From Obrimoposthia wandeli (Eukaryota), in the NCBI GenBank assembly GCA_977020255.1, contig CDROCS010000122.1, forward strand, positions 186,001-250,000: a DNA stretch of 64,000 nucleotides. Reading direction: 5' to 3'. The notes under the pieces were generated by a model, which was given only the letters and a program-made list of their open reading frames with translations, ran no database searches and had not been told where the DNA came from. This document shows, piece after piece, positions 1-10,127 of the stretch. A program made the translations under genes and the position numbers. Every line of letters begins with the position of its first letter. The stretch's first letter is position 1.

Positions 1-203
1 CGGATAGAGTTCCATTCAGGATCACCAGCTTGTGGATCTTCACGACGACGCAACATATCAATTAAGCCTGAATCTTGCTCTGTCGACCCTTCAACCGCGT
101 CTACTGTTGTGGTGGCTTTCTCTATATCGGATGGAACCAAGTCTGGATCCATTGCACAACCATTCAACAGAAGCATGACAATACCAGCAAGTACCTTTTT
201 CAT
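1..203 (-). CDS. flgH: Flagellar L-ring lipoprotein FlgH, N-terminal part (runs off window)
   Basis: Hand translation MKKVLAGIVMLLLNGCAMDPDLVP...; lipobox LNGC; directly downstream of flgG; absent from ORF track. Confidence 0.9.
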   Translation of the reverse strand, partial: MKKVLAGIVMLLLNGCAMDPDLVPSDIEKATTTVDAVEGSTEQDSGLIDMLRRREDPQAGDPEWNSI

Positions 204-220
204 TGTTAACTTACTTCCCG

Positions 221-1009
221 TTATAACTGTTGGTTTACGTAGCTCAACATCTGATCAACGGTTGAAATCACTTTAGAGTTCATTTCATACACACGCTGAG
301 CTTCGATCATGTTGACCAATTCTTCTGTTACGTTAACGTTCGATGTTTCTAGCATCGATTGACGAACAGCCCCTAGACCATCAAGACCCGGTACACCTTC
401 TTGGGCATCGCCACTCGCGCCCGTTGGTAAGAATAGGTTCTGACCAATAGGCTCTAAACCACCTGGATTAATAAAGCCAACCGTTGTTAACTGACCCAGC
501 ACTTGGTTTGCTTGCTGTCCACGAATACGTGCCGATACTTCGCCATCATTACCAACAGTAATACCAACGGCGTCTTCTGGAATAGCAATCTCGGGTTGCA
601 CTACATAGCCAGACCCCGTAGTTACCATTTGACCATCGCCATTAATGGTAAATTGACCATTACGGGTATAGCCGATATTGCCGTCGGGCAGTAAAATTTG
701 GAAGAAACCTTCACCCTCGATCATCATATCCATCGAGTTATTGGTGGTTTGCGTATTACCCTGTGTAAACACTTTTTGGGTTGCGACAACTTTAGAACCT
801 GCACCCAGCATTAAACCCGATGGTAATTCCGTATCTTGAGAAGATTGACCACCCGGTTGGTTAATATTTTGATAAAAAAGATCTTCAAATACAGCACGAC
901 TTTTCTTAAAACCAATGGTTGAGGCGTTAGCCAAGTTGTTTGAAATAGTTGATATATTTGTCTGTTGAGCGTCAAGACCGGTTTTACTTACCCATAAAGC
1001 TGGATGCAT
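221..1009 (-). CDS. flgG: Flagellar distal rod protein FlgG
   Basis: MHPALWVSKTGLDAQQ...NNLANAST rod motif; YTRNGQF; C-terminal LETSNVNVTEELVNMI. Confidence 0.97.
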   Translation of the reverse strand: MHPALWVSKTGLDAQQTNISTISNNLANASTIGFKKSRAVFEDLFYQNINQPGGQSSQDTELPSGLMLGAGSKVVATQKVFTQGNTQTTNNSMDMMIEGEGFFQILLPDGNIGYTRNGQFTINGDGQMVTTGSGYVVQPEIAIPEDAVGITVGNDGEVSARIRGQQANQVLGQLTTVGFINPGGLEPIGQNLFLPTGASGDAQEGVPGLDGLGAVRQSMLETSNVNVTEELVNMIEAQRVYEMNSKVISTVDQMLSYVNQQL

Positions 1010-1029
1010 GTGAATTACCTTTTATTGGA

Positions 1030-1779
1030 TTAGCCTAAACGCAACAATGAAGCAGAAGCTTGATCCATTTCTTCTGCTGTTTTCATGATTTTTACTTGCA
1101 TTTCAAAATGGCGCTGCAAATCAATCATACTTGTCATTTCACCAACAGCATTGACGTTACTGCCTTCTAACGCACCTTTTAACAAGGTGACGCCAGCATC
1201 AGCACCGTACGTTTCGCCTGGTGTTTTCGACTTAAATAAACCGTTAACATCTTTGAATAAATCACGGTTATCAGGGCGAACTAACTTTAATCGATCGACA
1301 ATTTCCATCGCTTCTGGCGGCGCACCCTGTGGTAATACAGAGATAGTACCGTCGTTGCCGACTTGGATTTTACTGATAGGAAGAGGGATAAAGATTGGAC
1401 CGCCATTTTCACCTAACATTAAATTACCGTTGCTGTTTTGCAGCATACCAGTTTCATCAATTTTTAGATGACCCGCACGGGTGTAAGCTTCTTGACCAGA
1501 GGCGTCAAGTACAGCAAGCCATCCATCACCTTCTACTGCAACATCAAGATCACGACCAGTAGTCATCACTGAACCTTGAGAAAAATCTTGTCCGGGCCGC
1601 TCTGTCATGGCAAAAACACGAGACGGCAAACCTTCACCATACGCTTGCATGCTACGCGCTTGTTCCAAGTCAGCTCGGAAACCGGTAGTTCTAACGTTAG
1701 CGAGGTTGTTGGCATGTGTTTGCATACCATACATGTCTTGCTTTGCACCACTCATTGCTAAATAAAGCGCACGATCCAT
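1030..1779 (-). CDS. flgF: Flagellar proximal rod protein FlgF
   Basis: MDRALYLAMSGA...ANNLANVRTTGF; LEGSNVNAV. Confidence 0.96.
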   Translation of the reverse strand: MDRALYLAMSGAKQDMYGMQTHANNLANVRTTGFRADLEQARSMQAYGEGLPSRVFAMTERPGQDFSQGSVMTTGRDLDVAVEGDGWLAVLDASGQEAYTRAGHLKIDETGMLQNSNGNLMLGENGGPIFIPLPISKIQVGNDGTISVLPQGAPPEAMEIVDRLKLVRPDNRDLFKDVNGLFKSKTPGETYGADAGVTLLKGALEGSNVNAVGEMTSMIDLQRHFEMQVKIMKTAEEMDQASASLLRLG

Positions 1780-1811
1780 TATTGCTCTCCCATCTTATCT
1801 GAATGGTTTAA

Positions 1812-1827
1812 AGCAATAAGCGTGCCA
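1812..1827 (-). promoter_or_regulatory. sigma54 promoter for flgF operon
   Basis: Minus strand TGGCAC-GCTTA-TTGCT, matches -24/-12 consensus, 33 bp upstream of flgF. Confidence 0.85.
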
Positions 1828-1927
1828 ATGCAATAAGTTACTTACAAATCAATACTTTGGATTGTTACAGCAAGAGTTTTTAGAATGAGACGGAAATGAA
1901 AAGACGTTTTTTTGGCAGGTTAAGACA

Positions 1928-1961
1928 AATATTGCCGCTTAAAAAGACAAGCGGCAATATT
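1928..1961 (-). terminator. Hairpin/terminator after flgE
   Basis: 13-bp perfect inverted repeat AATATTGCCGCTT/AAGCGGCAATATT; short U-tract. Confidence 0.7.
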
Positions 1962-1999
1962 GACAATAAAGCTGATACAGATTGGCTAAAGAAAGAATC

Positions 2000-3307
2000 T
2001 TATCGAATCTGTAGAATAGTTTGTTGTAGCTGATTATCGACTTCTAACGCTCGAGAGTTAGCTTGGAAGTTACGTTGCGCTGTAATTAAGTCAACCAGCT
2101 CTTGTGTCATATCGATATTTGATTGCTCAAGCGTACCGCTTTTCACTGAACCAAATGCGCCTTGGCTTGCTTCACCCCAAATAGCCGCACCAGAATCTTG
2201 ACCTGTTGCCCATTGAGTACCGCCTTTCGAGACTAATCCTTGTTCATTCGCAACACGTACCATACCAACACGGCCTAGAGTGACGTTTTCGCCATTACTG
2301 TACGTACCTACAATTGACCCTTTGGCATCAATATCAACTTTTGACAAATAACCGGTTGTCGCACCATTTTCACTGAACTTTCGAATTTCAAACGGTGCAG
2401 CATACTGCGTTGGCGAATCAAAATTCATGGTTAATGTTTGGGTATCATCTGCACCATTAAGATCAAGACCAGCTCCACCTTCTCCTAATGCTTCAGATAC
2501 AATTGGCTGCCCATTATTGATTTGAGCAACAGAGCCATCATTATTGAAATCAAGCGTACTACCTTGGTGCCCATTCGTAGCCGTTGTACCACCGTTAGTG
2601 ATATTAATCGGTTTTTCACCTGTTGCATCTGTGCCTGTATAATAAACAGACCAACGGTTCGGCGCTGAGTTATCTTTTACGTAATACGTCGATAACTTGT
2701 ATGGCTGCCCCAATGAATCGTACATACTGACAGATGTTGATTTATCGTAGCTATTACTGTCATTAAAGTCGAACAATGTCGCATCTTTTGCCTCAGCAGA
2801 GGCTGGTAGGTTCACCCCAATATCAATATTGGTTGATGCGCGAGGTTGACCGAACTGATCAGGTATTTTCATCGCTTGTGGTTCATAAGACGTTACTTGA
2901 TCAGTTTCTTGATCAACACCATAACCCAATAAATACTGGCCTTCTGAGTTAACGATTTGATTGTCTTTATTTAGATGGAACGCACCGTTACGACTCAGGG
3001 TATTATTCTGTGGTTGCAGCTTATCGTCAGTAATAGCAAAGAAGCCACTGCCTGAAATACGCAAATCCATCGGGTTATTGGTATAAATACTCGACCCTTC
3101 ATGGAATTGCTGAGCAACGACCGACGTTTGCACACCACCACCCGTTGTGGTTTTGGCATTAGAAAAGATCGAACTTGAATATACATCACCAAATTCAGCA
3201 CGAGATTCTTTAAATCCGTAGGTATTGGCGTTAGCAATGTTATTACTTGTGGTGTTTAGGTCTTTTTGAGACGCGCCGATACCACTAAGCGAAATATTGA
3301 ATCCCAT
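2000..3307 (-). CDS. flgE: Flagellar hook protein FlgE
   Basis: MGFNISLSGI...SNNIANANTYGFK; LEQSNIDMTQELVDLI. Confidence 0.97.
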   Translation of the reverse strand: MGFNISLSGIGASQKDLNTTSNNIANANTYGFKESRAEFGDVYSSSIFSNAKTTTGGGVQTSVVAQQFHEGSSIYTNNPMDLRISGSGFFAITDDKLQPQNNTLSRNGAFHLNKDNQIVNSEGQYLLGYGVDQETDQVTSYEPQAMKIPDQFGQPRASTNIDIGVNLPASAEAKDATLFDFNDSNSYDKSTSVSMYDSLGQPYKLSTYYVKDNSAPNRWSVYYTGTDATGEKPINITNGGTTATNGHQGSTLDFNNDGSVAQINNGQPIVSEALGEGGAGLDLNGADDTQTLTMNFDSPTQYAAPFEIRKFSENGATTGYLSKVDIDAKGSIVGTYSNGENVTLGRVGMVRVANEQGLVSKGGTQWATGQDSGAAIWGEASQGAFGSVKSGTLEQSNIDMTQELVDLITAQRNFQANSRALEVDNQLQQTILQIR

Positions 3308-3376
3308 ATTATGACTCTCCTAATACTTGTGCATTAATTTCGCATTAATTTGTTTATTCTGGGCGCTGTTAACAGC

Positions 3377-4093
3377 TCAGACCTTACCAACTTCAAGCAC
3401 TTCAGCCAGCTTGAATGGCGAATTGTGACCCGCTAGGTTCAACATAACATTACCGTCACCGTTACCCAGTAATACACTGTTAACGTTGGCATACGTAGAG
3501 ACTTCAAACTCACGGTTTTCACCGCCCACCATACCTGATGCCTTCACTTGGTAGCGGCCTTCTGGCAAGGGTTTTCCTTCTTCATCGGTACCATCCCAGT
3601 CTAGGCGATGTTCACCAGGAGGCTTAGCACCAAGATCGAAGGTTTTGATTAACTGCCCTTGCTCGTTTTCAATGCGTACCATCATGTTATCAAGAGCTTG
3701 TGGTAGCTTAACCATTCCAGCTATGCCGCCTTCTGCTTTTTTCACACCAGTCGCACCAGGGATTAACACATCACGCCCAACAAGCGATGAGGCTTGCAGT
3801 GCTTGGCTTGATGTCATCGCTGAATTCAAGCTACCAAACTGTTCATTCATTTGGTTGATGCCATCTACCGTTGCAAACGATGCCATCTGGGCAATCATCT
3901 GATCGTTGCCAACCGGTTTAAACGGGTCTTGCTGAGCAAGTTGTTTAGTCAGTAACGATAAAAAGTCATCTTGTTTTAATTCATTTTGACCCGTTACTTT
4001 TGATTGCGTTTCTTGTAGCTTTTTCTCTTGCATTCCCTTGAGTTGATCAAGATAAGACAAGTTGCTTTGACCTGCGCCTGTAATACCAGCCAT
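3377..4093 (-). CDS. flgD: Hook capping protein FlgD
   Basis: DDFLSLLTKQLAQQDPFKP motif. Confidence 0.96.
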   Translation of the reverse strand: MAGITGAGQSNLSYLDQLKGMQEKKLQETQSKVTGQNELKQDDFLSLLTKQLAQQDPFKPVGNDQMIAQMASFATVDGINQMNEQFGSLNSAMTSSQALQASSLVGRDVLIPGATGVKKAEGGIAGMVKLPQALDNMMVRIENEQGQLIKTFDLGAKPPGEHRLDWDGTDEEGKPLPEGRYQVKASGMVGGENREFEVSTYANVNSVLLGNGDGNVMLNLAGHNSPFKLAEVLEVGKV

Positions 4094-4110
4094 AACAGTG
4101 ACTCCTTACC

Positions 4111-4527
4111 TTATTTGCCCATCTGCAATGTGCTCATTAGCATCTGCTTACTGGCATCTGCTACTTGCACATTACTTTGATAAGAACGCGACGCTGAAAT
4201 CATGTTTGCCATTTCTTCCATAACGTTCACATTGGGCTTATAAATATAGCCTTCATCATTCGCTAATGGATGCTGCGGATTGTATTCCGCACGTAATGGC
4301 TTCTGGCTTTCAACAATACCTTTAACCTGAACAGGCACACTTTCAGCACGCTGATAGCTTGCACTGTTTAATGCCGCGGCAAAAATGGGATGACGCGCTC
4401 TATAGGTTTCTTCTGCAGAACTACTGACGCTATTGGCGTTAGCAAGGTTACTTGAGGTGGTATTCAAGCGGACTGATTCTGCGCTCATCGCAGATCCCGT
4501 TACATTAAATACATTAAATAAACTCAT
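4111..4527 (-). CDS. flgC: Rod protein FlgC
   Basis: TTSSNLANANS; PNVNVMEEMANMISASRSYQ. Confidence 0.96.
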   Translation of the reverse strand: MSLFNVFNVTGSAMSAESVRLNTTSSNLANANSVSSSAEETYRARHPIFAAALNSASYQRAESVPVQVKGIVESQKPLRAEYNPQHPLANDEGYIYKPNVNVMEEMANMISASRSYQSNVQVADASKQMLMSTLQMGK

Positions 4528-4530
4528 TTA

Positions 4531-4926
4531 TTAATCCCCTCTCAAGGCTTTGCTTAAATTCTTAAACTTAGCACCCAAGAAATCTAACGATGCTTGATAT
4601 TCCAGTGAATTCTGCATGAACAAGTTCTGCTCCAGTTGCGCATCTACTGTATTACCATCACCAGTGTCTGGCTGATTGGGAACACGGTACATTTGTTCAC
4701 CCATAACATTTGCAGAGGCAGATATATGCCGCCCATTAGTTTGGCTCAGACCAATGTTTGCCCCTGATGTTGCCGCTTTTAATGCACGACCAAAATCCAT
4801 ATCTTTGGCCTTATAACCAGGCGTATTAGCGTTAGCAATATTGCTAGCAAGGGTTTCAGCACGCTTACCACGCACACCAACCGAGTATTGATGTATACCC
4901 AACGCTTTATCAAAAGAAATAGACAT
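4531..4926 (-). CDS. flgB: Rod protein FlgB (start reassigned to MSISFDKALG)
   Basis: ASNIANANTPGYKAKD; the ORF-track start at 4974 overlaps the sigma54 promoter; GGAGG precedes ATG 4926. Confidence 0.95.
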   Translation of the reverse strand: MSISFDKALGIHQYSVGVRGKRAETLASNIANANTPGYKAKDMDFGRALKAATSGANIGLSQTNGRHISASANVMGEQMYRVPNQPDTGDGNTVDAQLEQNLFMQNSLEYQASLDFLGAKFKNLSKALRGD

Positions 4927-4957
4927 AGTTGCCTCCACAATAACTTGATATTTATAA

Positions 4958-4973
4958 AGCAAATAGGATGCCA
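4958..4973 (-). promoter_or_regulatory. sigma54 promoter for flgBCDE
   Basis: Minus strand TGGCAT-CCTAT-TTGCT. Confidence 0.85.
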
Positions 4974-5118
4974 AGTTTTAAATTGGCAAATAAACAGACC
5001 AATGAACAGATAAATAATACCAAGCTGGATTGGTAAATGGTCATAATTTTGCGCAGAACAATCGGTAAGAATGAATAGGTAGTTATTTAGGTTGGTGTCA
5101 CCTAATAGGCGAGGGATG

Positions 5119-5186
5119 AAAAAGTCGCTAAGTATCGACTTTTTTGTCTTTGGCAGATAAACAAAAAGCGACCAAAGCCGCTTTTT
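5119..5186 (-). terminator. Two tandem terminator hairpins between cheR and the flgB promoter
   Basis: AAAAAGTCG-N8-CGACTTTTT (5119-5144) and AAAAAGCG-N8-CGCTTTTT (5163-5186). Confidence 0.65.
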
Positions 5187-5211
5187 ATTTTTTAATGATT
5201 AGACTCTGCCA

Positions 5212-6042
5212 TCACTTCAATTTATAGATGATGCCAGGGTTACATCGAACCATCTCAAACTTATCGGTTAGCCCGGTCAAAGATTCTGACGCGCCTAACA
5301 ATAAATAACCGCCAGGGTTCAAGCTTGCCGCCATTTGATTCAAGACTTTTGCCTTCATATCTGGCGCAAAGTAAATCAAGACATTACGGCAAAAAATGAT
5401 GTCAAACTTTCCGAGTAATGCATAACTGTCTTTTAAGTTCTGCGGACGGAAATTCACCATACGCTTTACTTTGTCATTCACCTTCATTCGGCCATCGCCA
5501 TTGTTCTCAAAAAAGAAACGGCGACGCTCAGGCGATAGACCACGGCTTAACGCTAAATTGTCGTACGCACCGGCACGACACGTATCTAACATTGTTTGTG
5601 ATATATCTGTTGCTGTAATCTGAACACCCGATGCCAACATACCTGGTCGACGATTTTGCAGCTCCAATATCGTCATCGCAATAGAATAAGGTTCTTGACC
5701 TGATGAGCTTGCAGAAGACCAAATTTTAAGTGGTCGTTTACTGGTCGCCATTTCCGGTAGGATCTTATCAGCAAGTACTGTGTACGGATAAGTATCACGA
5801 AACCACAATGTCTCATTGGTTGTCATTGCATCAACGGCAGATACGCGTAATTCACGATTACGACCACTAATCACAACTTGGAGTAATTCAGATAGAGATG
5901 AAAGTGAAAATTTGCTGACTAATGGACTTAAGCGACTACGCACTAAGTACTGTTTACTATCGCCAAGTACTATCCCACATTGAGCTTCTAGAAAACGGCA
6001 GAAATCTCGATATTCTTGGTCTTTTATTGTTATAGCTGTCAT
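5212..6042 (-). CDS. cheR: Chemotaxis methyltransferase CheR
   Basis: TTNETLWFRD, SSGQEPYS, FDIIFCRNVLIYF. Confidence 0.97.
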   Translation of the reverse strand: MTAITIKDQEYRDFCRFLEAQCGIVLGDSKQYLVRSRLSPLVSKFSLSSLSELLQVVISGRNRELRVSAVDAMTTNETLWFRDTYPYTVLADKILPEMATSKRPLKIWSSASSSGQEPYSIAMTILELQNRRPGMLASGVQITATDISQTMLDTCRAGAYDNLALSRGLSPERRRFFFENNGDGRMKVNDKVKRMVNFRPQNLKDSYALLGKFDIIFCRNVLIYFAPDMKAKVLNQMAASLNPGGYLLLGASESLTGLTDKFEMVRCNPGIIYKLK

Positions 6043-6087
6043 CTACTACTCTTTATAATTATTACTTCTTGTTTGTTATTGTTATTG

Positions 6088-7014
6088 TTATTTTTGCTTC
6101 AAAGGCATTGCAGCCTTAACAGCAGTACCCAACTCATCTGGGTTAAATTTAGGTATAAATGCATTTGCACCGACACGCTCAACCATTGCCTGATTAAAAA
6201 CGCCACTCAGTGAAGTGTGTAGAATAACATGTAAATCTTTTAAATTTGGATTATTACGGATTTCGGCAGTCAACGTATAACCATCCATTTCTGGCATTTC
6301 AATATCTGAAATAACCAATGCCAATTGATCGTAAATACTGCCTTCTTTAGCCATTTCTTTTAGTTTATTAATGGCTTCTTTACCATCTTTAACTAAAATA
6401 CATTCACAGCCAATGGCTTCAATAGCACGTTGAACCTGCTTACGTGCCACACTTGAATCATCAGCTACTAATACACGGCGATTTTCAGGCAATGAATCAA
6501 TTAATTCTTCAAGCACTGAACCTGTAATATCCGTATTAACGGGCGAAATCTCATCAAGAATCTTTTCAACGTCTAAAATTTCAACAATTTCACCGTCAAT
6601 CTCGGTGACCGCTGTCAAATAGTTCGCTCGCCCAGCACCCTGTGGCGGTGGCAAAATTGACTCCCAATTCATATTAATGATTCGTTCAACAGAAGAAACC
6701 AAGAAACCTTGAATTGAGCGGTTAAATTCAGAAATGATCACAAAACAATTATCTAAATTTTCAATAGGTCGCCCACCCGTTGCTAGGCTCATATCGATAA
6801 CAGAAATAGTTTGACCACGAATATGTGCAATCCCTTTAACTAATGGGTGCAAGTTTGGCATAGTCGTCAGCTTTGGACACTGAAGTACCTCCTTCACCTT
6901 AAAAACGTTAATCCCGTAACGTTGGCGTCTATTCAGTCTAAATGTCAAAAGCTCTAATCGGTTTTGACCAACAAGTTGGGTGCGCTGGTTGACCGAATCA
7001 AGTATCCCCGTCAT
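6088..7014 (-). CDS. cheV: CheW-receiver hybrid CheV
   Basis: YGINVFKVKEV CheW domain plus receiver VADDS / SDIEMPEMDG. Confidence 0.97.
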   Translation of the reverse strand: MTGILDSVNQRTQLVGQNRLELLTFRLNRRQRYGINVFKVKEVLQCPKLTTMPNLHPLVKGIAHIRGQTISVIDMSLATGGRPIENLDNCFVIISEFNRSIQGFLVSSVERIINMNWESILPPPQGAGRANYLTAVTEIDGEIVEILDVEKILDEISPVNTDITGSVLEELIDSLPENRRVLVADDSSVARKQVQRAIEAIGCECILVKDGKEAINKLKEMAKEGSIYDQLALVISDIEMPEMDGYTLTAEIRNNPNLKDLHVILHTSLSGVFNQAMVERVGANAFIPKFNPDELGTAVKAAMPLKQK

Positions 7015-7144
7015 AAAGGTGACTCCATGTTATATATTTTTCTATTTGGAAAAGTGAATACGAGTAATCTCGCCTGTTATCGCATATTATGATCTTAAGA
7101 CTAACAAGCATAGCCTTCGTTACTATCACCAAAGAGCCAGAATC

Positions 7145-7852
7145 GTGACCCTAAGAACACATTTTAAACTCTTCGTAATCTTTATCGGCTTTATGTCGAT
7201 ATTCTTTAGTACTAATATTTGGGCTTCGAAGCAAACCACACTTGATACAGTGCAGCATACAGCCGAGAGACATGTCGAACAATTGATCAACGTGCCAGAG
7301 CGGGGTGAGCTTAAGCTTACAGCCGCCTCGTTAGATTCTCGATTAAGACTTTCAGAGTGCTCAGAACCTTTAAACAGTGCCATACCAGGTAAGCAATCAT
7401 TAACTGGAAATGTAACGGTACTTATTAGTTGTTCACCTGAAAATTGGCAAGTTTATGTGCCTGTACGCGTTCAATTGCTACTACCTCGTGTTGTGGCCGC
7501 AACACCTCTAGCCCGTGGGCTTGTGTTGAATGCATCACATCTTAGTGTAAAGCTCGTGGAAAGTCGTTTCCAGCGTGGCATTGTTTTTGAAAAACCTGCA
7601 GAAATTATTGGCTCTAAAGTAAAACGTACCGTTAATATGGGCGAAGCCGTGCAAGGCAACGACATTTGCTTAGTATGCCGTAATGATGCCGTAATGATAA
7701 AAGCAGGTAACGGTGGATTAAATATTATCACCAATGGAACAGCCTTATCTGACGGCGCTCTGGGTGAACAAATCCGAGTGCAGAATACTAAATCTAAACG
7801 AATTATTGATGGCATTGTAAGTGCGGTCGGCGAAGTAACCGTTAACTATTAA
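7145..7852 (+). CDS. flgA: P-ring assembly chaperone FlgA
   Basis: Signal peptide; GTALSDGALGEQIRVQNTKSKR; position between cheV and flgM. Confidence 0.93.
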   Translation: MTLRTHFKLFVIFIGFMSIFFSTNIWASKQTTLDTVQHTAERHVEQLINVPERGELKLTAASLDSRLRLSECSEPLNSAIPGKQSLTGNVTVLISCSPENWQVYVPVRVQLLLPRVVAATPLARGLVLNASHLSVKLVESRFQRGIVFEKPAEIIGSKVKRTVNMGEAVQGNDICLVCRNDAVMIKAGNGGLNIITNGTALSDGALGEQIRVQNTKSKRIIDGIVSAVGEVTVNY

Positions 7853-7948
7853 TCGCTTGAAACCTGAGTATTTCTATCTCTAGAAATTACTTTTTACACT
7901 AGGTAATATCTACGACGGTATAAACTGCATAGAATGTGTAAAAAGTGC

Positions 7949-7975
7949 TAAAGTTACTCTATATGCAGCCGATAG
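7949..7975 (+). promoter_or_regulatory. sigma28 (FliA) promoter for flgMN
   Basis: TAAA-N15-GCCGATAG. Confidence 0.85.
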
Positions 7976-8013
7976 TGTTAGCGTATTCAGTTTATTGTTC
8001 AAAGGCTTAATTT

Positions 8014-8328
8014 ATGGCAAGTATTGATCATCTGCGCAATAGTCAACCGATGACAACCGCTCGGAATAATCAGAGTAAAGTAACGACAACATCATCAGGC
8101 AGTCAACCCTCTGCGGCACCAAGCTTGGGGCGACAAGATGCTGTTTCGTTAAGTTCGCAAGGTAAAGCTGTTGGTCAAATCCACCAGCAATTAGCCACAG
8201 AACCTAGCTTTGATAGTGCAAAAGTCTCGGCAATTAAAGAAGCTATTTCAAGTGGTGCTTATGTCGTTGATGCCGATAAACTCGCATCTAATATGATGAA
8301 ATTTGAAGATGAGCTACGCGGGCTATAA
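8014..8328 (+). CDS. flgM: Anti-sigma28 factor FlgM
   Basis: FDSAKVSAIKEAISSGAYVVDADKLA. Confidence 0.94.
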   Translation: MASIDHLRNSQPMTTARNNQSKVTTTSSGSQPSAAPSLGRQDAVSLSSQGKAVGQIHQQLATEPSFDSAKVSAIKEAISSGAYVVDADKLASNMMKFEDELRGL

Positions 8329-8373
8329 TTTTGCCCTTAGCCTTGTTTTTGACATTAAGAATGATAAGACACT

Positions 8374-8802
8374 ATGCCTGATACTATTGAGCAACTTCTG
8401 GAGCTTCAACACGCTACATTGATATCCTTTTCTCGCCTATTAGAGCAAGAAAAAGGGGCAATTGTTAATCGTCAATCCATCGAAATCGATCGTATCGCCA
8501 AAGATAAACTCAGCTTACTCAATAAAATTCAGCAACAAGATCATCTTATAGCAAGTCATGCTCAACGCCAGTTACTGACTGACAACACCGAATGTATGCA
8601 GAAAGTAACGGAAATAAAAACGATAGTTGCACGCTGTAAAGCAGCCAATGACGTTAATGGTGAAGCATTACAACGCGCTCAACTTAGCTTTCACAAGCTA
8701 AACAATTTATTTCAGCAGAGCCGTGGTAAAAGCCAGATGACGTATAATAGTGAAGGTGTCGCGCAAAATATTCGCACACTAGGTACGAATATTAAGGCGT
8801 AA
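8374..8802 (+). CDS. flgN: Flagellar export chaperone FlgN
   Basis: Helical protein, NDVNG motif, follows flgM. Confidence 0.88.
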   Translation: MPDTIEQLLELQHATLISFSRLLEQEKGAIVNRQSIEIDRIAKDKLSLLNKIQQQDHLIASHAQRQLLTDNTECMQKVTEIKTIVARCKAANDVNGEALQRAQLSFHKLNNLFQQSRGKSQMTYNSEGVAQNIRTLGTNIKA

Positions 8803-8817
8803 TTGGAGAGCGAACAA

Positions 8818-9249
8818 TTAAAACATTGTCTCTTGGTTCGTTGGGACATGATAAACCTCACCATGTTTTTTCATTCGTTCCATAACACTTAAATCAAGTT
8901 CCATTTCAGTTACATAGCTATCACCCACCGGGTAGCTACTAATCACTTTTGCCCCTCGAATAATGCCATCAACAGCACCATCAGTGCTTTCAACACTCAA
9001 CTGCTGATCATCCATCTCAGCTCTGGCACTAATACGCATACCATACACTTGTTCGGTTAATTCACGGTAGGCATCAATCTTAGATGCACGCATCGCACGG
9101 ATGCGTTTTTCTTCGTCAGTGCGACCTCGTTGTTCACTGATCGTGGCATAACCAACAGCAGTAATTATGTCTTTATTATTTCTGCGCATTTCCGTTAATG
9201 GCTGACAACCGACTAACAGCAATAAGCTCAAAATAATCCAACGATGCAT
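8818..9249 (-). CDS. flgP: Lipoprotein FlgP (LPP20 family)
   Basis: Lipobox LVGC; AMRASKIDAYRELTEQVYG. Confidence 0.9.
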   Translation of the reverse strand: MHRWIILSLLLLVGCQPLTEMRRNNKDIITAVGYATISEQRGRTDEEKRIRAMRASKIDAYRELTEQVYGMRISARAEMDDQQLSVESTDGAVDGIIRGAKVISSYPVGDSYVTEMELDLSVMERMKKHGEVYHVPTNQETMF

Positions 9250-9257
9250 AACAACTC

Positions 9258-9893
9258 CTAAGGTTTTAATATTATTGTATTTCGATCAATGCTTGTCGCT
9301 TCAGAGCGGATGATCACGCCATTCTGAATACGCATTTTGTTTAAAGAATCTAAATCACGACCAATCCGATCGGCAGGTAAAAAACCTTGAGCAGAAGCAA
9401 TAACAACCCGTGAACGCATGCCTATAATACGTGCATTCACCAATAAACCTGCTCCTTGGCGCAACATAGTGCCAGTAAGCACATAATCGACAGGTTGCTG
9501 CCCTGCAAGTTCTTTCCAGTTTCGGCTTAGGGAGAAGTCTCCGTTAGGCGTTACTTTAATGGCCCCTGTCGATTTATAATCCACCACTGTAAAGCCGCGT
9601 TGCTGCATCTGATACATGAAGCTTTCACTGACCGTGTTACCCAACCAGTTGGTTTCATTCATCTCTTGTAAATCAACAAAAGAAGTCACTGCCAACGGGG
9701 TTTTTGCCGTCAAATACTGATTAGAAACAATAAGTTGCTCTGTTAACCCTTCGATAAAGTAATCCAAGGTATGGCGTGGTGTTTCCGACAAAAGTAAAGG
9801 ACTGCCCGTATAAAGCTCTTTTCCGTTATAAATCGGAGTTTGTGCACACGATGTGGTCAATACTGATAGTAGTATGACGATCCATTTATTCAT
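9258..9893 (-). CDS. flgO: Outer-membrane lipoprotein FlgO
   Basis: Lipobox TTSC; PLAVTSFVDL; flgO-flgP-flgT synteny of Vibrionaceae. Confidence 0.9.
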   Translation of the reverse strand: MNKWIVILLSVLTTSCAQTPIYNGKELYTGSPLLLSETPRHTLDYFIEGLTEQLIVSNQYLTAKTPLAVTSFVDLQEMNETNWLGNTVSESFMYQMQQRGFTVVDYKSTGAIKVTPNGDFSLSRNWKELAGQQPVDYVLTGTMLRQGAGLLVNARIIGMRSRVVIASAQGFLPADRIGRDLDSLNKMRIQNGVIIRSEATSIDRNTIILKP

Positions 9894-9992
9894 TCTAGCC
9901 AGCTCCGGATGAAAAGAAACTTGTAGCCTGTTATCGTTCGATTAAAGAAAAACTTTATCTATTATTTCCTAAATCTTATGAAAAATGCTTTT

Positions 9993-10008
9993 CGGAACAC
10001 TCTTTGCA
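9993..10008 (+). promoter_or_regulatory. Possible sigma54 promoter for flgT
   Basis: CGGAAC-ACTCT-TTGCA; GG and GC correctly spaced, -24 box imperfect. Confidence 0.55.
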
Positions 10009-10127
10009 TATCGTCCTAGCACAGGAAGCATATAAAAGAGTTGAGCATTAACTTGATATAAAAAACGGGAAGTTTTATCTTCAGTTAATCGCTAACAAGC
10101 AAATTTCATACCCAAGTTGAGTAAGAC

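Noticed and set aside
3331-3351. GCATTAATTT direct repeat between flgD and flgE
   Set aside because: Only two short AT-rich copies with no supporting context
7078-7104. sigma28 promoter for cheV
   Set aside because: -10-like TGCGATAA present but the -35 (TAGT) is poor; not enough to call
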